From: Phaeosaccion multiseriatum | Lineage: Eukaryota; Protista; Ochrophyta, other classes | NCBI GenBank assembly: GCA_965112735.1 | Contig: OZ218960.1 | Span: forward strand, 1,240,001 to 1,304,000 | Length of the DNA stretch: 64,000 nt | Direction: 5' to 3' | Shown: piece after piece, positions 23,308 through 34,746 of the stretch | How positions within the stretch are numbered: position 1 is the first letter of the stretch | Layout: each line of letters begins with the position of its first letter | Notes under the pieces: generated by a model | Databases searched by the model: none | Told to the model about the DNA's origin: nothing | Seen by the model: the letters and a program-made list of their open reading frames with translations, nothing else | Translations under genes and position numbers: made by a program

Positions 23308-25458
23308 ATGATGGCGAATCCCAAGGCTAAGGTTTTGTTGTTATTTCTTTGGTGTTCTGTTCACCTTCAGAGGGCCGTGGCCTTTACAACGGCAGCAGCA
23401 TCGAGACCGCAGCGCTCGTGTGGAACGCTTCTAGAAAGGGGCTGCACACGGGCCGCCTTCACGAGTCCAAGGTGAGCCCTGAACATCTGGCTCGGTTGAA
23501 GCAGGGGTGAAAGCACCGCGAGCACCGCCTGATGGATTGATTGCGCCTGGCACGAGGAGAAAGACCAGCGTTGCCCTTGGAAATAACCTTGGAGGAGGTG
23601 GAAATTGAAAATTGGCTGAGCGTCTTCCCCATGCCTGTCTCGCCCCTTTGTCCTTCTCCCCATCCGCCCTGCCACCACCAGCAGCGATGGCCCAGTAAGC
23701 CGGAGCTGGAGCAGCATCAGCAGCAGTAGCACCAGCAGCAACAGGAAGCGGCAGAGGAGTACAGGATTGACGCCAATGATGATGGCGAAGCGAGCCCCCC
23801 CACCGCCTGTGGAGAACTCCTTCCTCTCCGCTCTTAAGGCTGTCAAGTCGAGCGTCGGGGAAGGCGCGTCCTCGATGGCGTCAGGTGCCTCTTCTGGGTT
23901 ATCCTCCTTGTCTTCAGGCGTCTCTTCTGGGTTGTCCTCGGCCTCCAACGGTGTTTCCTCTGTGGCCTCTACCATAGGATCCGGGGCCTCCTCAGCGGCT
24001 TCAGGCGTCTCTTCTGGACTATCCTCGGTGGCGTCAGGAGCCTCTTCTGGTCTATCCTCGGCCACCAAAGGTGTTTCCTCCGTGGCCTCTTCCATATGGT
24101 CCGGGGCCTCCTCGGTGGCGTCAGGAGTCTCTTCAGGCGTCTCTTCTGGGCTTTCTTCGGTTTCCTCAGGCGCGTCGTCAAGTCTATCCTCTGTCTCCAA
24201 CAGTGTGTCCCCTGTGGCCTCTTCCATTGGGTCAGGTATCTCGTCTGGGCTATCATCGGCCACCAAGGGTGTTTCCCACGTGGCATCTGGGCTGACGTCC
24301 GGTGTCTGTGACTTGTCGTCGGGCGTCTCCTCGAGCATCTCCGGCGCCTCTTCTCGTGTGGCGTCCGGTGTTTCCCACGTGGCATCTGACATTTCTTCGG
24401 GTGTATCATCCACGCTGTCCAGTGACTGGGCATCAGGGCTCACTTCCAGTGTCTCCGGCTTGTCGTCGGGAGTCTCCTCGGGAATCTCGAGTGCCTCTTC
24501 ACGAGTTGCGTCAGGTATTGCCGAGCTGGGCAGCAGCAGTGCCGCTGCCGCCTCAAGCATGACCGCATGCCTTCGTGAGCTGCTCATACGCCTCCAAGCC
24601 ACGGCGTTATTCGCCCACATCGCCAGCATCGACGGTAAGTAGATGCCCATACACATATAGAACCCCCTGTGAGGCCGGCCGTGTGGTCAGCCGTGTGGTC
24701 AGCCATGTGGTCAGCCGTGTGGCCAGCAGTGTAGACCCTTTGGAGCAAGGTGTATCCCAACCACTCACGCACGCACGTACTCACGCACGCACGTACTCAC
24801 GCACGCACGCACTCACCCACTCACTCCCACACGCACACTGGCAGGTACCACGTGGAGATTTGTTTGCCTCGTGCCCATTATTCTCTTCGCCCCCTGGGCT
24901 GCGAGAAGGCGGGGAGGTGAGTGAGGAAAGACGAGGAAGGAGTAAGCTCGCGCAGCGTATCACAGGCAGCAGCTCGCACCCAGCCCGGTACCCCTGTCCG
25001 GCGGCCTTCAGCTTAGCTTAGGGGGGGGTGGGCGGGTAGAGGGAATGGGTCATGAGCCGTAAGCCGCCATCCAAACATCCGCTCCTCCCACCCACCCCAA
25101 CCACACCCACCCCAACCATCGTTATTTGTTCACTCACGGTATTCGTTCACTCGTCGACATTGCGTCTGATCGATTGAATCACCAACTGCCCCATCAGACA
25201 CGCGGGCGGACGAGATTCAGAGGGAGGGCACCATCACTGTGGGCAGCTTGGAATGGAAGAAGGAGCGCACTAAGGTGAGTGAGGAGGGATAAGCGTAGTG
25301 CCTGGCCACAGCCTACGGAGCGGTTGATAGGCAGGCAGGCAGCACGTCGCACCTTCAGTTTGCCTACCCTACGAAGGGCACCCTTCCCAGTGGCCTTCCA
25401 GCTTAGCTGTTGGGAGCGGATGGAGGGAAGGTGCCACACAGCGCAGGCCACAGTCCCC

Positions 25459-25494
<36 letters not shown>

Positions 25495-26600
25495 CTCTCT
25501 CTCTCTCTCTCCGCTCCTCCCTCCCACACCAGCCCAATGCAATGTTGATATTTTTTCTTCCGTTACCATGTAGCGCCATCCCGTAACGGCCGTAACGGCC
25601 TTCCTCGCGTCGATCGAACACCCCCCCCCCCCTCCCCCTTAACCATCGAATCACAGACTCTGCGCGCAGCCATCGTGGGCCGTGGGCGTGGAGTGTCCTC
25701 CTTGTCGTTCCTCGCCTCCGACCTTATGGCTTGCCTCAGCACCGCCGTGCTACTCACCTGCGCGACCTCCATCCTCCTGGGCGGCTCCGCGGGCGACGTG
25801 ATCCGAGTCGCCTCCAGAGGGAAAGCAGGCCGATCGAGGGTGGTTGGGAAAGGAGGAGGAGGAGGAGGACGAGGACGAAGAGTGGTGCTCGCGGGGGGGG
25901 GCGGTGACCGAGCGGCAGGAGGGTGGTTGCCCGGGGGGGGGTCGCTGGAGAGTGTAGGCCGTCTGTTCGGCGCCCCCAAGACGCTGTTGGTGTTGGTGGC
26001 GGTGTGGGTGGGCGGCACGGCGGCGCTGAGGAGGGGCGGAGAGAAGAATTTGCTTCCGCCGGACTTTGAGGTGCGTTTTCTTCGTTCCCTTGCTTCCTTC
26101 CTTCGTTCCTTCCTTCCCTCCTTCCTTCCTTCCTTCCTTCCTTCCTTCCTTCCTTCCTTCCTTCCTTCCTTCCTTCCTTCCTTCCTTCCTTCCTTCCTTT
26201 CCTTCCTCCCTCCCTCTTTCGTTCCTTCCTTCCTTCCTTCCTTCCTTCCGTCCTTCCTTTCTTTTTTTCTCTTCCTTTCTTCCTAGATGCATGCAATGTC
26301 TCCTAGCATGGCGCGTATTGCTCTTATTCCCTCACCCTCCCACCCACCCGCCCTTACCACGTACGCACACACACACACACACACCACCCTGTGAAGTACA
26401 CACGCACGTCCTTCGCAGCCTGGGTGGCCTTCCGAGGGAAGCGCGTGCCCGATGGAGCCGAGGCTGCTATTCAAGACAAGAACATGGCTGAGCTCGTCGA
26501 GAAGGAGGCGGCGAGGGACGCAGACGCGGAGTTTGAGGTTGTGGTGGGGGAGCAGGGAGAGGTCCCAGAGCCCCGGAGGTGGTGGAGTAACCTCTGGTAG
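23308..26600 (+). CDS. Putative plastid-targeted membrane protein with Ser/Gly 11-mer amphipathic repeats
   Basis: Exon 23308-23471 (MMANPKAKVLLLFLWCSVHLQRAVA-FT, signal + F) joins 23682-24634 in frame (SGASSGLSSAT/KGVSSVASSIW repeats). Then about 25198-25274, 25657-26070 (two hydrophobic segments) and about 26419-26600. Confidence 0.6.
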
Positions 26601-27550
26601 GCCTCCAGGAGGCCTCTGGGAGGCCTATGGGAGGCCTGTGGTATGCCTCCGGTAGGCCTATTGTGGCAGGCCTCTGATAGGTGCATGGGGACATGGAGGT
26701 AGTGGGTAGTGGTGGAGGGGGGTTTGGTTACGGCAAGGATGAACAGGGGGGTGGTTGGGTGTTGGTTAGTTGGCATATGCGCTGTGGTACGCGTAAGTCC
26801 ATGTAGAGGTGTATAGTTGACGAGCAGCAGCAGCAGCAGCAGCAGCCTGCTGACTTGAGAGCGGAGGTAGGAATGTATAACTGAGATGGGGGTGGAATGG
26901 AGGGAAGGAGGGAGGGAGGAAGGGAGGGGTGGTGACGGAGGGAGGGACAGAGGGAGGAAGGGAGGGAGGGGGGGGAGGGAGGGAGGGATGGATGGATGGA
27001 TGGAGGGAGGGAGGGAGGGAGGGTGGGCGGGCGAGCGGGAGGGAGGGAGGGAGAGAGGGAGGGAGGGAGGGAGGGAGGGAGGGAGGGAGGGAGGGAGGGA
27101 GGGAGGGAGAGAGGGAGGGAGGGAGGGAGGGAGGGAGGGGAGCTCTCTATGCCAAGTGCTCTACCCACCCAAAGGCAAGCAGCGGATTATGCGACCGATG
27201 GAAGGGGCCACCGCGGACAGAGAGGAATTGGTACCATTGTAAGAGCACGCGACGGGGCAATGGAGGGGCTCAAGGGGGGGGAGGGGTGCTTCACGCCATG
27301 GAATAAAAATTACTGTATGATGGACAGACAGTGAGTGAGAGAGAGCACACCGAAAAATAGGAAAGAGTGTTTTTAAAGGAAGGAAGGAAGGAAGGAAGGA
27401 AGGAATTTATCCATTACCATCCATGGTCGCACCATCAACAATCCATCCCAGGTAGCGCCTCGAAACAAAAAGTCGAGGTCGATATCGGCGCCTCCAAGCA
27501 AAAAGTCGAGGATGTGAATGTCGAGCTGCACAACTCAACTTCCACCCCCC

Positions 27551-30500
27551 TCACTCCCCCCCGGGTAGCGCCTCCAAGAAGGCAAGGATGTCGACTTCGA
27601 GCTCGAGTTCATTGTACGAGAGGTCGTGGAAGCTGCAGTCCCCGCGGAGGCCGAAACCGCCGTTTCCGTCACTCGAGGCAAAGCCGCCCACACACTGAGG
27701 GAGGGAGGGAGGGAGGGAGGGAGAGAGGGAGGGAGAGAGGGAGGGAGAGAGGGAGGGAGGGAGGGAGGGAGGGAGGGAGGGAGGGAGGGAGGGAGGGAGG
27801 GAGGGAGGGAGAGGAGGAAGAAATCATGTCACAGCAAAGCACCGCTAAAGTAAAGCAAAGCAAAGTAAAGTAAAGCACCGTGATATGAGTAGGGGTCCTC
27901 TCTGCCTACCCAACACTGCCCCACCCTACCCACCCTAGACTGCTGTACACTCTAACTTTCCTATACCCTACCCACCCTAGACTGCTGTACATTCTGACTC
28001 TAACTTTCCTATATCCTGCCCTTCAACCCATCCTGTACCCCCTGTATACTTTATCTTCCCTGCCCTATCCCGTACCCTCAATACCCTATACCCTATACCC
28101 TATACCCTACACTCTATGCCCTACCCTATACCCTATACCCTATTCCCTCTCCTCTTTGCCCTATACTCTACCTTCCCTACCCTACCCCACCCTACCCTCC
28201 CTGCACCCTACAGCCTTCATGTGTGCCCTAACGTACCCTATACCCAATATCCTATATACCCAATAACCTGTATCGCATACCCTATGCCCTATAACCATAC
28301 CCTATATCGCATACCTCGCATAGGCCCGTGTCGTAGTCACAGTAGCCCTTGGGGCAGAGAGGAAAGGCCAGCAAGAGGGAAGCAAGAGGGGGAACGAGAG
28401 GGCAAGAAAGGTGGACGAGTCAGCCTCCCTCCAACGAACAATAGCCCCTGCAGATGGGTCTCCGTGGCTGCATGTCAGACCTCTTATCTCGTTTCAGGCC
28501 TTCATGCACGCCCAACGCGTCCTCCCCCTCGCCCTCGCCCTCGGCCTTTCCCTTTTCTTCTCCTCACCTGCCCGCCGCACTCGATGTCGTCTTTGGTGCC
28601 CTTGGTCGTCTCATTGACCCAAAAGAAAGGATCCGTGCTCAACGCGGGCAAGTCTCCTGTGAAGGCACAACATGTATGGATACACATATACATATACATA
28701 CATATATATAAGGCAAAGACGTGTCGATATCGATTTCGATTTCGCTCCCTCCCTCCCTCCCTCTCTCCCTCCCTCCCTCTCTCCCTCCCTCCCTCCCTCC
28801 CTCCTTCTCTCACTCACCCAGCTCCGTGATAAAGGTCACAGCAATGCCCTCCCCCATATCAAAGGCACTGCTGCAGGCGACCTCGGCTCCATTGGTGAAG
28901 TTGACAGTTACTTGTCCGACGGTGGTGAGGTTCTGTATCGCACTTTGCACCTCTTCAGCGGTGGCATTGACGCTGATGGGCTTGCTCTCTTGACCGCGGA
29001 ATGAAACTCGGAAGTCTCCGTCGGTCATGTTGCATCTTTGTGTGGTTGGGACGGATGGATGGATGGATGGATAGATAGGTGGATGGATGGATTATGGATA
29101 GATGGATGGATGAATGGATAGGTGGATAGGTGGATGGATGGATGGATGGATGGATAGATGGATGGATGGATGGATAGGTGGATAGATGGATGGATGGATG
29201 GATGGATGGATGGATAGATAGATGGATGGATAGATGGGTGGGTAAATGGATTGGTGCATGGATGGATGGACGCATAAGGAAGGTGGATGGATAGACAGAT
29301 AGTCAGGTGAATGTACAGATACATCCTCACCCCTCTCTCCTCCCTCACCCCTCTCTCCCACGCACCTTATGGTCTGAACCTCCGACCGCCCGAAGCCTGT
29401 GAGCATTCTGTCTCCGGTGGGGCAATTGCGCATCTTACAGTTGTAACCGCTGCGGCCGCCGAGCCTCTCATTGTCTGTCCACACGCCGCTTACGAACATT
29501 GTAGGGCCGTTGTAGGGCTGATATCTGTAGATTAAGTAAGTGGGGGAGTGAGTGAGTACAGTAAAGTGAGTGAGTGAATGAGTGAGGGGGTGAGTGGGTG
29601 AGTGAGTGAGTGCAGTAGAGTGAGTAAGTGAGTGAGTGAGTGTGTGAGTGAGTGAGTGAGTGAGTGAGTGAGTGAGTGAGTGAGTGAGTGAGTGAGTGAG
29701 TGAGTAAGTGAGTGAGTGAGTGTGTGAGTGAGTGAGTGTGTTCAGAAAGAGTGGGGGAGTGAGTGAGCGAGCGGGAGAAGTGAGTGAGTGAGTGAATGCG
29801 TGAGTGAGTGAGTGAGCGAGTGAGTGAGTGAGTGAGTGAGTACAGTGTGAATGGTTGGCGAACAAGGGGGCGCCGTAAGGACCAGGGGGGTCAGGACGGG
29901 GTAGTGAGGTCTGCCAGTCCGAGAAAGAGCAGTGGGGACAAACGAGACAACAAAAACTCCCCCTCGCCCCAACCGCCCTCCTTCCTTCCTTCCTTCCTTC
30001 CTTCCTTCCTTCCTTGACTTACTCGTCTCTTGTATCGCACAGACACCCATGTACCATATCAAAGTCCCAGGCCTTATCCGATCGAAAGAGGGATTGTCCA
30101 AAGGGCACAATGAGGTCGGCATCGTAACCGTAAGATACCGTTCCGTCTGCTCCTCCACCTTCCGCTTGGTGTGATTGAGCCAAGACGAACATGGGCAGGC
30201 AGCGGCCCATACCGCCTGGATGGAGGAGAGCGAGAGCGCGAGAGCAAGGGGGCGAAGGGGAGGAGGGAAGGAGGATGAGGAGGGGTGAGGGATGGAGAGA
30301 GGGAGAGCGAGGAGTGAGAAGCGAGGAGCGCACAGGGAAAAAGGAAGGTCACGAGCATGGGGCTCTTGCTGTGTATGTGTGTGGAAGAGAGAGAGACGTA
30401 CAGACAGAAAGAGGGAGGGTCGTGCACTCACGCCCTCCCTCTTTCATTCACTCACTCCCTCACTCACCCACACCCTCCCTCCCTCCCTCACTCACTCACT

Positions 30501-32109
30501 CACTCACTCACTCACCCACCCACCCACTCCCTCACTCACTCACTCACTCACTCACTCACTCCCTCACTCACTCACTCCCTCACTCACTCACTCACTCCCT
30601 CACTCACTCACTCACTCCCTCACTCACTCACTTACTCACTCACTCACTCACTCACTCACTCACCCACTCACTCCCTCACTCACTCACTCACTCACTCACT
30701 CCCTCCCTCCCTCACTCACTCACTCACTCACTCACTCACTCACTCACTCACCCACTCACCCACCCACTCACTCACTCACTCACTCACTCACTTACTCACT
30801 CACCCACTCACTCACTCACTCACTCACTCACTCACTCACTCACTCACTCACTCACTCACTCACTCACTCACCCACTCACTCCCTCACTCACTCACTCACT
30901 CACTCACTCACCCACTCACCCACTCACTCACACTCACTCACTCACTCACCGCAGTTATCCTCACAGGTCATTCGGTCGCAAGCAGCGCCTGTGTAGCCCG
31001 TCCGACAACTGCAGCGTCCTATGGGTGTGGACCCCAAGGAAGGAGGGGAGAGGAGCGCACCAGTAAGTCATTAATTTACGTCCTCATGTCGACCTCTCTC
31101 CCTCTCTTTCTCTCTCTCTTTCATCTCGAAATATCAGCTGCGCGGATGCCCAGACTCGAGTCACTCCTACACAAGCTCCTCATCCAGACACATTACCTGT
31201 AGAGTAGTCACAGATGCCGTTGTTCGCGCACTCTGATCCGTGTGCATGGGCGGCGTTGTTGGCAAAGGCCTCGTCAAACCAGGCCTTTCCGGTGGGGCAG
31301 CGCTTCTGATTGCAGTCATGGCCGAACCTCCCTGGGTCGCAGTCGCAGCCGCCGGTATCGTTGTTGCATGCTCCAAAGCCACCGCAGAAGGCCAAGTTCT
31401 GAGGAATGGACGGGGGAAGGAAGGAAGGGGGGGGGAGGGAGGGAGTGAGGGAGGGTGGGAGGGAGGAAAAGAGGCAGGAAGGAGGGAACGACGGAAGGAA
31501 GGAAGGAAGGAAGGACGGAAGGAAGGAAGGAAGGAAGGAAGGACGGACGGACGGACGGACGGACGGAAGGAAGGACGGAAGGAAGGGAGGAAGGAAGCGA
31601 GGAAGTCCGTCCGTCAGTCAGTCAGTCAGTCAGCGAGTCAGTCAATCACGCAACCGGTGAATTGGTTAGTCGGCCAGAAAAAGGCGAACATGCTATGGGC
31701 AGTAATCAGATCCCGAGAGTTGACTTGCAGCTTTGTTGGCTTGCGGCGAGAGTGAGATGACTTGGGGGCCGCACAACAGCCTCCCAACCCATGCTACCCA
31801 ACCAAGCCTGCCTGCTACCCAACCAAGCCTACCTGTGTGTCCCAAGTGGGGGCATCAGGGTCATCGTATATTACTCTCGACGGGCAATACAGGCTAGTGT
31901 TCCAGTAAGACTCGAACGCGAGGTTGTTGAACAGGTAGGGAACGTTCTCTGTTCTTCGACTTCCGCAATCGCCTCTAGAAGGGGGGGTTGGGAGCGAGGA
32001 AGGGAGGGAGGGGATGGGCGAGGAGGGCGTGAGAGCAGGGGAGGGGGGGAGGAGAGAGGGAGAGGGACGGCGAGGGGGGGAAGGGGGGGGAGGGAGAGAG
32101 ACAGAGAAC

Positions 32110-32156
<47 letters not shown>

Positions 32157-34711
32157 TCACCTATCCCCTGCTTGTCCATAGCCATCGCTGGACTCCCAAA
32201 AGTACCAATCCCCGGGGTCGGGATAGAATGTTACATTCATGGCACACGTACACGTGGCTGTGTTCCAATCACATGTTCCGTGGTTGCTGCAGACAACGTC
32301 CTCCTGGGAGGGAAGGGGAGGGGGGCGGGGTGTGATGGAGGTGTATGGGCGGATAGAGAGAGAACGAGGGAGGGAGGGAGGGCAGGAGGGCGAGGGGGGT
32401 AATTAGAGGCTTATGGGTAGCTAGAGAAAAGGGGAGAGAGAGAGGAGGAGAGAGGGAGGAAGAGGGGAGACAAGCGGAGTGAGCGGGAGAGGAGGAGGAG
32501 GAGGAGGAGGAGGGAGAGGGGCGTATTGCTTGTGTGCCGGGGACAGTGCGATACACTCTCTGTTTCATCCCATTCCTCTCTCTCTCTTCCTCTTCTTCTT
32601 CTCCCTTGCTTAAGCCCTGTTTCCCACCTTGGTGCCCTTCGGAAAGGTGAAGTTGAGTTGCGCTTGGTCCGAGCCGTCATACACGGAGTTTATGACCGTG
32701 ATGTTGGGCTGCAGAGGAGACCCAAACCCACACAGGGAAGAGTTTGATTGTGTGCGTGCGTGTGTGTGTGTGCGTGTGCGTGTGTGCGTGTGTATGGGAG
32801 AGAGAATGGTATTTAGGTTACATCCACGTTAGAACAATTGTCTCTCGCATTTCATCAACTTGCGCCATCCGAAGCTCTGCACGCACAAGGCGCAGAGCGA
32901 AGCAGCAGAAGAAGAAGGAAGAAGAAGAAGAAGAAGAAGAAGAAGAAGAAGAAGAAGAAGAAGAAGAAGAAGAAGAAGAAGAAGAAGAAGAAGAAGAAGG
33001 GAGGGACACGCATCGGCACAGAGAAAGAGAGCGGCAAAGGGGCAGGGGGAAAAGGCGTCTGTATCGCCACGAGCACGACGCACCATTCGTCGATTGCTCA
33101 TCAACCGCCCCTCCACCTTTCTTCCATTTCCTTCTCCGCCAGTTCACAGGCTCACTCACGACGACCCTCACTCATTCACTCACTCACTCATTCACTCACT
33201 CCCTTCCTCCCTTCTTCCCTCCCTCCCTCCCGCTCTTCCCTCCCTCCCTCCCTCACCAGATTGCCGTACTGACTCCACGCCTTGACGATAGTAACAACGT
33301 CCTGGCTGCTGTCGCACATAAATCCCGAGGGGGACGCGCTAATGTTGGTGCTGATCGCCGTTATGTTGCCGTACACGGAGGCCCCTGAACGCAGAGTAGG
33401 CAGAGCCGCTATCGCCTCCGTTACGTCCAAGTACGTGGCATTGTGGGAGATTTTGCTGGGGATAGGGTGGAAAGGAAGGGTTCGGTTACATGCATCTTAC
33501 TGGAGAGGGTGGAAAGGGCATGTGTCTTACTGGAGAGGGTGGAAAGGGATTGTGTCTTACTGGAGAGGGTGGAAAGGGAATGTGTCTTACTGGAGAGGGT
33601 GGAAAGGGAGGGTTCGATTACACATGTGCTTGCGTGTGTGCGTGAGTGAGGGTGTGTGTGGGGGGGCTCTTCTCCGAGGGGAATGGGAAAGGGAGGGAGG
33701 GAGGGAGGGAGGGAGGGAGGCGGGGAATGGGTACTACCGAGCAAGCGCATGACATCACCCAAAAAGGTCAAGCGTACTACATCATATCATCCCTGTCAAG
33801 CGCCTGACGTCACACCACCCCATGTCAAGCACACATGTCAGGCGTTACACATCACGCCGTCCCTCGTCAAGCGCTTGACATCAACCCATCCTATGTCAAG
33901 CATGTCCAGCGCTCAAGGTACCTGGAGATGGCCCCATCGTACAGGACGTAAAGGCCCCCTCTGCAGTCCGAGCACACCGGGCAGGTCCACTCCCAGCGTG
34001 TCTCGAGCAGGACAGAGGCCTCTCCGCCGCCGGAGCTGCTAGATAGGTCCACAGATCTCACCTGGCGGGGGTGCAGGTGCATACGTGTTATATTATGTAA
34101 GTATGTAGGTAAGGGGTAAGGGGTAGAGTAGAGGGTGTATTGGCAGAGGAGGGGCGGGGTGAGGGAAGGGAAGGACAGGAGAGGGCCCGACAGGGTAGGG
34201 CAGGGCAGAGAGATCAGAGCAGAGAAGAGCAGAGATGCATGTATCTCTAAGCGCCGCCCCCACAGAGTCCGCCTTGAGCGCCAGCCGTGAGTGACAGCCT
34301 GTCTTGGCGGCATAGTAAAGACGTTTCAGATGTGCCTACCTACCTTGGCTGCCGGCAGATCGCCAAACTCCTGCATGAACTCGATAGTCGTAGTCACGGC
34401 CTCTGCCTTTCCGCACAGAGTGTCGCCGCTGTCGAACGACACCTCGACGTCCCTTTTTGGCAAGCAGCAGAAATAGCAGTTGGTGATGTGCAGCAGTTGG
34501 TGGTATACAGCAGAAGAGGGATAGATGCATGGTTTCGAGGCCAGGAACACAACAGCAGCACCAGCAGGAGGAGGGGGAGACACCGCAGTAGAGCATCACA
34601 TAGCAAAGTTCTATAGTGGCAGCCGTCTTCTGACTCACTAAACCAAACAACGACGCACCAGCCCCCTCGTCATATACGTAATTCTTTCCCTCTACCCTCG
34701 CACAGCGACAC

Positions 34712-34746
<35 letters not shown>

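Noticed and set aside
23367-24656. 429-aa acidic E/D/P/T ORF on - strand
   Set aside because: Antisense shadow of the + strand Ser/Gly repeat gene, which has a presequence and phase-compatible splice sites
27900-28320. Telomere-like (CCCTATA)n here and (CCCTGA)n at about 411-450
   Set aside because: Short, degenerate, intronic, and not canonical TTAGGG/TTTAGGG arrays
30191-31202. HSLT-repeat, EGGR-repeat and similar ORFs throughout the window
   Set aside because: Translations of intronic tetranucleotide microsatellites
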